Positions 24,744-37,200 of a DNA stretch of 64,000 bases are shown here, one piece after another; position 1 is the first letter of the stretch, and the number at the start of each line of letters is the position of its first letter. A program made the translations under genes and the position numbers. The stretch is from Antedon mediterranea. Lineage: Eukaryota > Animalia > Echinodermata. The DNA is taken from assembly GCF_964355755.1 (NCBI RefSeq), contig NC_092677.1:26647175-26711174 (forward strand), read 5' to 3'. The notes beneath the pieces were generated by a model, which did not search any database, was not told the DNA's origin, and was given only the letters and a program-made list of their open reading frames with translations.

Positions 24744-24891
24744 AGCTTGGTTCTGACTAGGACGCCACGCAAACATGCAAGCCACAACGCACGAACGTAA
24801 ACCTCAACGCAAACAAATTGACCAATCACAAGCGGCAGTTGGAATAATCACAACTAGTAATCGTGCATTGCGTCCTAGTGGGAACCAAGCT
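24744..24891. mobile_element. Harbinger-type MITE between convergent gene 3' ends
   Basis: TAA-AGCTTGGTTCTGACTAGGACGC ... GCGTCCTAGTGGGAACCAAGCT-TAA. Confidence 0.85.
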
Positions 24892-25272
24892 TAAACAGAA
24901 GCACTAGTTTATTTAAAAAGTGTAACTAAATTACAGTAAATAATGTTTTGAGGGACCACCCTTCATTATCAGTGGTTTTATATATTAAATATTTTTATCA
25001 AAAATGAATAATTCTTAATTTAATAATGTTGCATCGTTATCTGTTTATTTAAGATTGTATTAACAGTGTGTACTCTCCTGGGTGACTATCGATTATACAT
25101 TTTAAAAATAAATACATTTGATTAAAAATAAATACAATAATATAAATACTGTACTTAGAGATAGAACTGTTCATGCAACAAAAGGTAATATTTTTGGAAC
25201 CACATATTCTGTTGTCATGGGCCTAAATTTGTATAAGTTGATGAACTATGGTTACTGGGTAGTCGATCATTA

Positions 25273-27042
25273 TCAGGATAAAGTAGTTGGCGGAAGTGCA
25301 TTGAGAAATACTTCTAGAGGAACAGCTACGGTGTCGTTATCTGCCGAGGTCATAACCTGTAAGAAAGACAGTGATAGGTTAGACGAAGAATGTAATAGTC
25401 TTTGGACCGTAGCAGCTTAGCCACTCTATCACCGCAGGAGATGCTAGGACTATGGAAACCAATGCATACAACAGGTTTACGTTGAGAATCAATGGGTATC
25501 TGTTTTTCCTTCAATATATGACTTTTTAAGATAATTTTCATTTCGTAAACATGTTTTTGAGTGCATTATTTTCTCTCATTCTAATATGGACTCCTTTGTT
25601 CAAATCATGGCTATGCTACTGCGGCTTTAAATACTTTATTGGGAAATAAACAATGTTACTAACCCGATCATGCGGAGCAGTGTGCCAAACAACGAACGAT
25701 GAATCATCTTCTTGTCTTTTCTCGGTGGGCATCAACTCTTCTGTGGTTGATGACGTTAATATCTTTATGCCGTGCATGTTGGCTTCGTGCCGGTGTAGAT
25801 GGTGTTTGTGCCTGAAAACGTAACCACACAACTGGCATTTAAATTTCCCGCGTGATGTATGCGATCGAATGTGTGCCTTGCACATGGCTTCGGTTTTAAA
25901 ACGCCACGTGCAGCTGTTTAACGAGCAAGCAAAAGGGCGGTCTAGCGAATGAACCTGCATATGCTTCGCTAACGTAGATTTGTCCGTGTACGCGAATCCG
26001 CAAACTTCACACAAGACACACCCGGCTGGATGTAGTTGTCGGTGTTGCTGTATCAAACTATTCACATTGGATTTAAACGTACACTGCTCGTGTGCGCATA
26101 TGAATATCTTTTTACGATGAATCTTTCGGTGTGCGTTAAGACGCGTTTGCGATTTAAATGCTTTACCGCATTCGTCGCAAAGGAAGTTGCGTTCCGTTCT
26201 GTGAATCTCCATGTGAGTTCTCAGTGACCGCGCCCTTTTAAAGCTCTTCCCGCAAGTTACACACAAAAACTCGCCAACTCTTTCTTTAGATGTTCGTTTC
26301 GACGGAGTACGTTGCTTTGCCGACGGATCATCCTGCCGTTCAGCATTCATTTTTAAATATTCCGACAACCACACGACATCACCCGCTGTGACCACGTCAT
26401 CGTCCATGTTGCTTTCGGTCTCCATGGCCGATTCGTGGTTGTCAAGCATGTGTTTACTGAGTACGGTACTTGTATAACATTTATAATCGCAATGAATACA
26501 GTAAAAAGTTTGTTTGGTGTACTGAAAATTCTCGCCCTTTTTCACATGTTCTTTCATGAGTTGAAACTGGTAATCTTTTTCGTCTTTAAGATATTTACAT
26601 CTTTGTTCGTTTAGTTTTTGACATTCTTCTAGCTCCATGGGTGACCTGTTATCGATAGTTTGAGTATTTTTATCGGCAAACACGTCAACGGCATGATGTA
26701 TTTTGTAATGTCGGATTGTGATTACCATACTGCTAAACGTTTTGTTACATAGTTCACAGCGACTGCTGTTTTCCTCTTTTACATCTGAATACAAGAAAAA
26801 AAAATGTTTGAAATTATTTTTAAACAACAGTTTTTAATGTGTCTGTTGTTGGCTTAAAAAATATCTATAAATAAAATATACAAAACACAGTATTTTAATT
26901 ATAATTATGTTATGAAATTACGTTGCAATCGATGAGAAAGAAATTCTATTAAATCATAGAATTGTTGAACACACTGTCCACATGTGAATGTATTGTAATA
27001 ACTTTTGCTGAACATTTCATTTGATTCAGAGCCATTTTCCAT
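25273..27042 (-). CDS. Multi-C2H2 zinc-finger protein, ~441 aa, 3 coding exons
   Basis: Exon 27042-26922 (MENGS..TCGQCVQQFYDLIEFLSHRLQH, in-frame stop upstream), exon 26784-25664 (about 9 C2H2 fingers with HRTERNF / HSLDRPF / HTSRGKF linkers), and a probable last exon 25356-25273 (VMTSADND..LPPTTLS*). Without that last splice the ORF would end at 25616. Confidence 0.85.
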
Positions 27043-27653
27043 TTTCGACACCAGTTCAGTTTATCAATCATCAGTCTTCCTTCGTACCAATTTTTACACA
27101 TTCATTCAGTTTTCGGATCTGTAAATTTAATTAAAAACATAATTATTTTAATGATCACAGCAAGCATAAAACTGTTAGGCCTAGATATTCTCCATTTTTA
27201 TTTTAATCTCCCCCTGCTAGTCTCCACCACCCGGGAGTGCCTAAATAGTATGTAGTAGTACAATAGAGCCCTATCTTCTTGTTTATAACTTAGGCTTAGC
27301 TGCTTAACACCACCAGCCAGGGGGCCAGGCCTCCTACACACTCTACTCTACTAGCTAATTATTAATAATATACAGTATATAGAGGCTAGGCCTAACTAAC
27401 CCCGGGCCTAACGCACAGCTATTATCATGTTAGGTACAATTTAGGTACAAATAGGGCTTTACTAAAATACAAACAAGTTATTATTATAATTCCAATATAT
27501 AGAGCGTCAGTATGAATGATTTTTATTCAGAAAATATCATTTACACCACAAACCTGACCAACAAAACAATCGAAATATGGAGGTCAATATTTTTGTTTTT
27601 TTGTGTGAAACGTTTACACGAAATATATAATGATTGTCCCAATTTCATATTTC

Positions 27654-27770
27654 TACGAAAGCCTATTAGGGCCAACAAAAAAAATGATATTGCTTTCACA
27701 AATTCGAAATAACGAATTATTAATTCGTTTTTTCGAATTATTAATTCGTTATCTCGAATTTATTTAAGTA
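27654..27770 (+). mobile_element. Left arm of an IS3EU-like non-autonomous DNA transposon
   Basis: Terminus TACGAAAGCCTATTAGGGCCAA is the inverse of 59202-59223 (1 mismatch), followed by ~21-bp TCGAATTATTAATTCGTT repeats. TAY..RTA termini are the IS3EU pattern as I recall it. Confidence 0.65.
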
Positions 27771-30700
27771 ATTATCATGTATTTTTGTTACTTAAAGGTA
27801 GCATTTTTTGTATATAGATGATATCGACAGCCTCATAACAAAAGTGTCTAAGACATAATTTTTTTTTTCTCCCTAACTCACTGATTATATCAATATACTA
27901 TATTTTTTGTGTTTCTGCCCAAGTCAGCTGTGTGACTTAGGCAATTAAGGAGAGGAGACTTATGATCTGCCTAACTCACTGCATCATTATACTGCCCTCT
28001 GTACATTATCTTAGTGCTTTTATATACATTTGCACATGCTCAGATCGTTTTTTTGTGTTTCTGCCTAAGTCACAAATTAAGGAGAGGAGACTCATGATTT
28101 TTTAAATAAAATAAGAAATACACTTTTATAGTATATTTTTTAACCCATTTGTTACAAATTCTTTCTCTTTGCTACTTTCCTTTTCTAAAATCATCAGTGT
28201 TAATTTTAATCTGAAGAGCTGATGCTAATAAATTTTGTTACTTAAAGATAGCATTTTTTGTATATAGATGATATCGACAGCCTCATAACAAAAGTGTCTA
28301 AGTCATAATTTTTGTTTTTTAAATAAAATAAGAAATACATTTTTATAGTATATTTTTTAACCCATTTGTTACAAATTCTTTCTCTTTTATTGCTAATTTC
28401 CTTTTCTAAAATCATCAGTGTTAATTTTAATCTGAAGAGCTAATGCTATTAAATTTTGTTATTTAAAGGTAGCATTTTTTGTATATAGATGATATCGACA
28501 GCCTCAAAACAAAAGTGTCTAAGTCAAAATTTTTGTTTTGTTTTTCTGCCTAACTCACTGCTTATATCAATATACTATATTTTTTGTGTTTCTGCCCAAG
28601 TCAGCTGTGTGACTTAGGCAATTAAGGAGAGCTGACTTATGATCTGCCTAACTCACTGCTTATATCATATACTATATTTTTTGTGTTTCTGCCTAAGTCA
28701 GATGTGTGACTTAGGCAATTAAGGAGAGCTGACTTATGATCTGCCTAACTCACTGCTTATATCATTATACTGCCCTCTGTACATTATCTGAGTGCTTTTA
28801 TATACATTTGCACATGCTCAGATCGTTTTTTGTGTGTCTGCCTAAGTCAGCTGTGTGACTTAGCCAATTAAGGAGAGGAGACTCATGATTTTTTAAATAA
28901 AATAAGAAATACATTTTTATAGTATATTTTTTAACCCATTTGTTACAAATTCTTTCTCTTTTATTGCTACTTTCCTTTTCTAAAATCATCAGTGTTAATT
29001 TTAATCTGAAGAGCTGATGCTATTAAATTTTATTACTTAAAGGTAGCATTTTTTGTATATAGATGATATCGACAGCCTCATAACAAAAGTGTCTAAGTCA
29101 TAATTTTTGTTTTGTTTTTCTGCCTAACTCACTGCTTATATCAATATACTATTTTTTGTGTTTCTGCCTAAGTCAGCTGTATGACTTAGGCAATTAAGGA
29201 GAGCTGACTTATGATCTGCCTAACTTACTGCTTATATCATTATACTGCCCTCTGTACATTATCTGAGTGTTTTTATATACATTTTCACATGCTCAGATCG
29301 TTTTTTGTGTTTCTGCCTAAGTCAGCTGTGTGACTTAGGCAATTAAGGAGAGGAGACTCATGATTTTTTAAATAAAATAAGAAATACATTTTTATAGTAT
29401 ATTTTTTAACCCATTTGTTACAAATTCTTTCTCTTTTATTGCTACTTTCATTTTCTAAAATCATCAGTGTTAATTTTAATCTGAAGATCTAATGCTATTA
29501 AATTTTGTTACTTAAAGGTAGCATTTTTTGTATATAGATGATATTGACAGCCTCATAACAAAAGTGTCTAAGTCATAATTTTTGTTTTGTTTTTCTGCCT
29601 AACTCACTGCTTATATCAATATACTATATTTTTTGTGTTTCTGCCCAAGTCAGCTGTGTGACTTAGGCAATTAAGGAGAGCTGACTTATGATCTGCCTAA
29701 CTCACTGCTTATATCAATATACTATATTTTTGTGTTTCTGCCCAATTCAGCTGTGTTACTTAGGCAATTAAGGAGAGCTGACTTATGATCTGCCTAACTC
29801 ACTGCTTATATCATTATACTGCCCTCTGTACATTATCAGAGTGCTTTTATATACATTTGCACATGCTCAGATCATTTTTTGTGTTTCTGCCTAAGTCAGC
29901 TGTGTGACTTAGGCAAGACTCATGATTTTTTAAATAAAATAAGAAATACATTTTATAGTATATTTTTTAACACATTTGTTACAAATTCTTTCTCTTTTAT
30001 TGCTACTTTCCTTTTCTAAAATCATCAGTGTTAATTTTTAATCTGAAGAGCTGATACTATTAAATGTTGTTACTTAAAGGTAGCATGTTTTGTATATAGA
30101 TGATATCGACAGCCTCATAAAAAAAGTGTCTAAGAAATAATTTTTTTTTTCTGCCTAACTCACTGCTTATATCAATATACTATTTTTTTTGGGTTTCTGC
30201 CTAAGTCAGCTGTATGACTTAGGCAATTAAGGAGAGCTGACTTATGATCTGCCTAACTTACTGCTTATATCATTATACTGCCCTCTGTTCATTATCTGAG
30301 TGTTTTTATATACATTTTCACATGCTCAGATCGTTTTTTGTGTTTCTGCCTAAGTCAGCTGTGTGACTTAGGCAATTAAGGAGAGGAGACTCATGATTTT
30401 TTAAATAAAATAAGAAATACATTTTTATAGTATATTTTTTAACCCATTTGTTACAAATTCTTTCTCTTTTATTGCTACTTTCCTTTTCTAAAATCATCAG
30501 TGTTAATTTTAATCTGAAGATCTAATGCTATTAAATTTTGTTACTTAAAGGTAGCATTTTTTGTATATAGATGATATTGACAGCCTCATAACAAAAGTGT
30601 CTAAGTCATAATTTTTGTTTTGTTTTTCTGCCTAACTCACTGCTTATATCAATATACTATATTTTTTGTGTTTCTGCCCAAGTCAGCTGTGTGACTTAGG

Positions 30701-32345
30701 CAATTAAGGAGAGCTGACTTATGATCTGCCTAACTCACTGCTTATATCAATATACTATATTTTTTGTGTTTCTGCCCAATTCAGCTGTGTTACTTAGGCA
30801 ATTAAGGAGAGCTGACTTATGATCTGCCTAACTCACTGCTTATATCATTATACTGCCCTCTGTACATTATCTGAGTGCTTTTATATACATTTGCACATGC
30901 TCAGATCGTTTTTTGTGTTTCTGCCTAAGTCAGCTGTGTGACTTAGGCAAGACTCATGATTTTTTAAATAAAATAAGAAATACATTTTATAGTATATTTT
31001 TTAACACATTTGTTACAAATTCTTTCTCTTTTATTGCTACTTTCCTTTTCTAAAATCATCAGTGTTAATTTTTAATCTGAAGAGCTGATGCTATTAAATG
31101 TTGTTACTTAAAGGTAACATGTTTTGTATATAGATGATATCGACAGCCTCATAAAAAAAGTGTCTAAGAAATAATTTTTTTTTTTCTGCCTAACTCACTG
31201 CTTATATCAATATACTATATTTTTTTTGTTTCTGCATAAGTCAGCTGTGTGACTTAGGCAATTAAGGAGAGCTGACTTATGATCTGCCTAACTCACTGCT
31301 TATATCATTATACTGCCCTCTGTACATTATCTGAGTGCTTTTATATACATTTGCACATGCTCAGATCGGTTTTTTTGTGTGTTTCTGCCTAAGTCAGCTG
31401 TGTGACTTAGGCAATTAAGAAGAGGAGACTCATGATTTTTTAAATAAAATAAGAAATACATTTTTATAGTATATTTTTTAACCCATTTGTTACAAATTCT
31501 TTCTCTTTTATTGGTACTTTCCTTTTCTAAAATCATCAGTGTTAATTTTAATCTGAAGAGCGAATGCTATTAAATTTCGTTACTGAAAGGTAGCATTTTT
31601 TGTATATAGATGATATCGACAGCCTCATAACAAAAGTGTCTAAGTCATAATTTTTGTTTTGTTTTTCTGCCTAACTCACTGCTTATATCAATATACTATT
31701 TGTTGTGTTTCTGCCTAAGTCAGCTGTGTGACTTAAGCAATTAAGGAGAGCTGACTTATGATCTGCCTAACTCACTGCTTATATCATTATACTATATTTT
31801 TTTGTGTTTCTGCCTAAGTCAGATGTGTGACTTAGGCAATTAAGGAGAGCTGACTTATGATCTGCCTAACTCACTGCTTATATCATTATACTGCCCTCTG
31901 TACATTATCTGAGTGCTTTTATATACATTTGCACATGCTCAGATCGTTTTTTGTGTTTCTGCCTAAGTCAGCTGTGTGACTTAGGCAATTAAGAAGAGGA
32001 GACTCATGATTTTTTAATTAAAATAAGAAATACATTTTTATAGTATATTTTTTAACCCATTTGTTACAAATTCTTTCTCTTTTATTGCTACTTTCCTTTT
32101 CTAAAATCATCAGTGTTAATTTTAATCTGAAGAGCTGATGCTATTAAATTTTGTTACTTAAAGGTAGCATTTTTTGTATATAGATGATATCGACAGGCTC
32201 ATAACAAAAGTGTCTAAGTCATAATTTTTGTTTTGTTTTTCTGCCTAACTCACTGCTTATATCAATATACTATTTTTTGTGTTTCTGCCTAAGTCAACTG
32301 TGTGACTTAGGCAATTAAGGAGAGCTGACTTATGATCTGCCTCAC

Positions 32346-34240
32346 TGTCACGAACTCCTCTCACGTATGTTTCCGAGCGGTTGAAAATACTTTAGGAACT
32401 CCCTTGTGACATAAAAAGTATACACACAAAATCCACAAAGTTGTAAAATAACTCAAAAACAAAGCTTTAATTTCAATCAACTTCAACTTTTAACAATCCA
32501 GTAAGCACTTTAAACAACAGCTTCACAATGACTTTACAATATAACATCCAACCTCTAATCCAACAACCTTCTTCAAAATAAATGCTTCAATCAAAATCCT
32601 TCTCCCACTTACAATTGTCATACTTCCCCTTATATACAATATGTTCATAACCTTCTAGATCATTCCTTATAGGCCTACTTCTCATTATTACATGATTACA
32701 GTTTCTATTAATAGGACTTCTGGAATGTTCTTGATTGTTCTTATTAATTATACATGGTTTCTTAAATCAAAACATCTAATTCTAGAATGTTCATGTAAAT
32801 ACTATGTTACTCTATATGTTAGGGAATGGTAATTTATTACACTCCCCCCTCTTTCTGAGCTCAAAACTCTTTCTTGGAGTTTTGAAGGGCAAGTATACAC
32901 GAAAGTGGCAAAAGTTAACCCACTCCTATTCTATAAAACTTAAATACGCCATAATAACATACAACATAATCATTAATAATTACTAATAATGAACAAACAA
33001 TATTCATGTAAATTTGTCGGAATGGTTCACTAACAATTACGGACATAGGAATCATAAAATCCTTAAATTTAGTTTTATACTTTGAGGCTTTACAATACTC
33101 TGTCAACGAAATATCATGTGAAAATTTCAAAACACTATTACTGCAATGATATAAAACCAGTAATTTCTCTATGGGTTCTGTCTGGTGTTTAGTAAAAACA
33201 TGCCTAAATAAAATTCCGTCCTTACAGACCGTCATATCTTCCCGACATAAACCTTCTTTCCTTTCAATATCTTCCCGATGTAAACGTTCTTGGTTATCCA
33301 TCATCTGCTGCTTCAGAAGACTCTGTTGTTGTATTTGTTGCTTCATTAACAACACCAAAAAGTCTGTACTGCTGTACACTTTACCGGATATTGTTGTTGA
33401 TTGTTTATCAGCCATATTTTAAATCTGGATGAGGGTCTTGTTACTAGTTAATCGTAGTTACCGAGACGTTCACAAGTCTACTGTTCCAAATAAATAATGT
33501 ACTGTTCTTAAAACAATGTTTGTGTTCTTACGATTAAACAAAACGTAGCACCGCGGCTTCCGTAAAATATCACAGTATCGTAAGTACCGCTTTCACAAAA
33601 TATCAATAAAGTACAGTTGATCCTAAAACAGCCACCAATCTATGGCAAAATACAGTAGATCAAACTGCTACACCACAAAATATCACAACCGTAGATAAAT
33701 ACACAGTTAAGTCGAACAGTAGATCGAAATAACCGCTGCCACCAAATTATGTCACGAACTCCTCTCACGTATGTTTCCGAGCAGTTGAAAATACTTTAGG
33801 AACTCCCTTGTGACATAAAAAGTATACACACAAAATCCACAAAGTTGTAAAATAACTCAAAAACAAAGCTTTAATTTCAATCAACTTCAACTTTTAACAA
33901 TCCAGTAAGCACTTTAAACAACAGCTTCACAATGACTTTACAATATAACATCCAACCTCTAATCCAACAACCTTCTTCAAAATAAATGCTTCAATCAAAA
34001 TCCTTCTCCCCACTTACAATTGTCATACTTCCCCTTATATACAATATGTTCATAACCTTCTAGATCATTCCTTATACTTCTCATTATTACATGATTACAG
34101 TTTCTATTAATAGGACTTCTGGAATGTTCTTGATTGTTCTTATTAATTATACATGGTTTCTTAAATCAAAACATCTAATTCTAGAATGTTCATGTAAATA
34201 CTATGTTACTCTATATGTTAGGGAATGGTAATTTATTACA
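32346..34240 (-). mobile_element. Non-autonomous Gypsy-type LTR retrotransposon (1.9 kb) inserted in the satellite
   Basis: TG..CA LTRs at 32346-32841 and 33750-34240, nearly identical. PBS TGGTGGCAGCGG (tRNA-Leu-like) next to the 5' LTR, PPT AGAAAGAGGGGGGAG next to the 3' LTR, 5-bp TSD CTCAC/CTAAC. Confidence 0.93.
32915..33415 (-). pseudogene. Internally deleted gag-pol remnant (gag N-terminal coiled coil fused to degenerate integrase N-terminus)
   Basis: Q/E/R-rich coiled-coil start, then DGILFR..KLLVL..VLKFSHDI..EYCK..EPFRQIYMNIVCSL, resembling the Gypsy integrase Zn-binding region and core start. No RT or RNase H. Confidence 0.65.
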
Positions 34241-37200
34241 CTAACTCACTGCTTATATCATTATACTGCCCTCTGTACATTATCTGAGTGTTTTTATATA
34301 CATTTTCACATGCTCAGATCGTTTTTTGTGTTTCTGCCTAAGTCAGCTTTGTGACTTAGGCAATTAAGGAGAGGAGACTCATGATTTTTTAAATAAAATA
34401 AGAAATAGATTTTTATAGTATATTTTTTAACCCATTTGTTACAAATTCTTTCTCTTTTATTGCTACTTTCCTTTTCTAAAATCATCAGTGTTAATTTTAA
34501 TCTGAACATCTAATGCTATTAAATTTTGTTACTTAAAGGTAGCATTTTTTGTATATAGATGATATTGACAGCCTCATAACAAAAGTGTCTAAGTCATAAT
34601 TTTTGTTTTGTTTTTCTGCCTAACTCACTGCTTATATCAATATACTATATTTTTTGTGTTTTTGCCCAAGTCAGCTGTGTGACTTAGGCAATTAAGGAGA
34701 GCTGACTTATGATCTGCCTAACTCACTGCTTATATCAATATACTATATTTTTTGTGTTTCTGCCCAATTCAGCTGTGTTACTTAGGCAATTAAGGAGAGC
34801 TGACTTATGATCTGCCTAACTCACTGCTTATATCATTATACTGCCCTCTGTACATTATCTGAGTGCTTTTATATACATTTGCACATGCTCAGATCGTTTT
34901 TTGTGTTTCTGCCTAAGTCAGCTGTGTGACTTAGGCAAGACTCATGATTTTTTAAATAAAATAAGAAATACATTTTATAGTATATTTTTTAACACATTTG
35001 TTACAAATTCTTTCTCTTTTATTGCTACTTTCCTTTTCTAAAATCATCAGTGTTAATTTTTAATCTGAAGAGCTGATGCTATTAAATGTTGTTACTTAAA
35101 GGTAGCATATTTTGTATATAGATGATATCGACAGCCTCATAAAAAAAGTGTCTAAGAAATAATTTTTTTTTCTGCCTAACTCACTGCTTATATCAATATA
35201 CTATAATTTTTTTGTTTCTGCATAAGTCAGCTGTGTGACTTAGGCAATTAAGGAGAGCTGACTTATGATCTGCCTAACTCACTGCTTATATCATTATACT
35301 GCCCTCTGTACATTATCTGAGTGCTTTTATATACATTTGCACATGCTCAGATCATTTTTTTTTTGTGTTTCTGCCTAAGTCAGCTGTGTGACTTAGGCAA
35401 TTAAGAAGAGGAGACTCATGATTTTTTAAATAAAATAAGAAATACATTTTTATAGTATATTTTTTAACCCATTTGTTACAAATTCTTTCTCTTTTATTGC
35501 TACTTTCCTTTTCTAAAATCATCAGTGTTAATTTTAATCTGAAGAGCGAATGCTATTAAATTTTGTTACTGAAAGGTAGCATTTTTTGTATATAGATGAT
35601 ATCGACAGCCTCATAACAAAAGTGTCTAAGACTTAATTATTTTTTTCTGCCTAACTCACTGCTTATATCAATATACTATATTGTTTGTGTTTCTGCCCCA
35701 GTCAGCTGTGTTACTTAGGCAATTAAGGAGAGCTGACTTATGATCTGCCTAACTCACTGCTTATATCATTATACTGCCCTCTGTACATTATCTGAGTGTT
35801 TTTATATACATTTTCACATGCTCAGATCGTTTTTTGTGTTTTAGGCAATTAAGGAGAGGAGACTCATGATTTTTTAAATAAAATAAGAAATACATTTTTA
35901 TAGTATATTTTTTAACCCATTTGTTACAAATTCTTTCTCTTTTATTGCTACTATCCTTTTCTAAATTCATCAGTGTTAATTTTATTCTGAAGAGCTGATG
36001 CTATTAAATGTTGTTACTTAAAGGTAGCATGTTTTGTATATAGATGATATCGACAGCCTCATAACAAAAGTGTCTAAGACATAATTTTTTTTCTCCCTAA
36101 CTCACTGCTTATATCAATATACTATATTTTTTGTGTTTCTGCCTAAGTCAGATGTGTGACTTAGGCAATTAAGGAGAGCTGACTTATGATCTGCCTAACT
36201 CACTGCTTATATCATTATACTGCCCTCTGTACATTATCCGAGTGCTTTTATATACATTTGCACATGCTCAGATCGTTTTTTGTGTTTCTGCCTAAGTCAG
36301 CTGTGTGACTTAGGCAATTAAGGAGAGGAGACTCATGATTTTTTAAATAAAATAAGAAATACATTTTTACAGTATATTTTTTAACCCATATGTTACAAAT
36401 TCTTTCTCTTTTATTGCTTCTTTCCTTTTCTAAAATCATCAGTGTTAATTTTAATTTGAAGAGCTGATGCTATTAAATTTTGTTACTTAAAGGTAGCATT
36501 TTTTGTATATAGATGATATCGACAGCCTCATAACAAAAGTGTCTAAGTCATAATTTTTGTTTTGTTTTTCTGCCTAACTCACTGCTTATATCAATATACT
36601 ATTTTTTTGTGTTTCTGCCTAAGTCAGCTGTATGACTTAGGCAATTAAGGAGAGCTGACTTATGATCTGCCTAACTTACTGCTTATATCATTATACTGCC
36701 CTCTGTTCATTATCTGAGTGTTTTTATATACATTTTCACATGCTCAGATCGTTTTTTTGTGTTTCTGCCTAAGTCAGCTGTGTGACTTAGGCAATTAAGG
36801 AGAGGAGACTCATGATTTTTTAAATAAAATAAGAAATACATTTTTATATTATATTTTTTAACCAATTTGTTACAAATTCTTTCTCTTTTATTGCTACTAT
36901 CCTTTTCTAAATTCATCAGTGTTAATTTTAATCTGAAGAGCTGATGCAATTAAATGTTGTTACTTAAAGGTAGCATTTTTTGTATATAGATGATATCGAC
37001 AGCCTCACAACAAAAGTGTCTAAGATATAATTTTTTTTTCTGCCTAACTCACTGCTTATATCAATATACTATCTTTTTTGTGTTTCTGCATAAGTCAGCT
37101 GTGTGACTTAGGCAATTAAGGAGAGCTGACTTATGATCTGCGTAACTCACTGCTTATATCATTATACTGCCCTCTGTACATTATCTGAGTGCTTTTATAT

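Noticed and set aside
27790-27810. Satellite monomer as tandem Kolobok ends (TTAA-AGGTAGCA)
   Set aside because: No matching inverted terminus within the monomer; only a weak ATGCTA/TAGCAT dyad.
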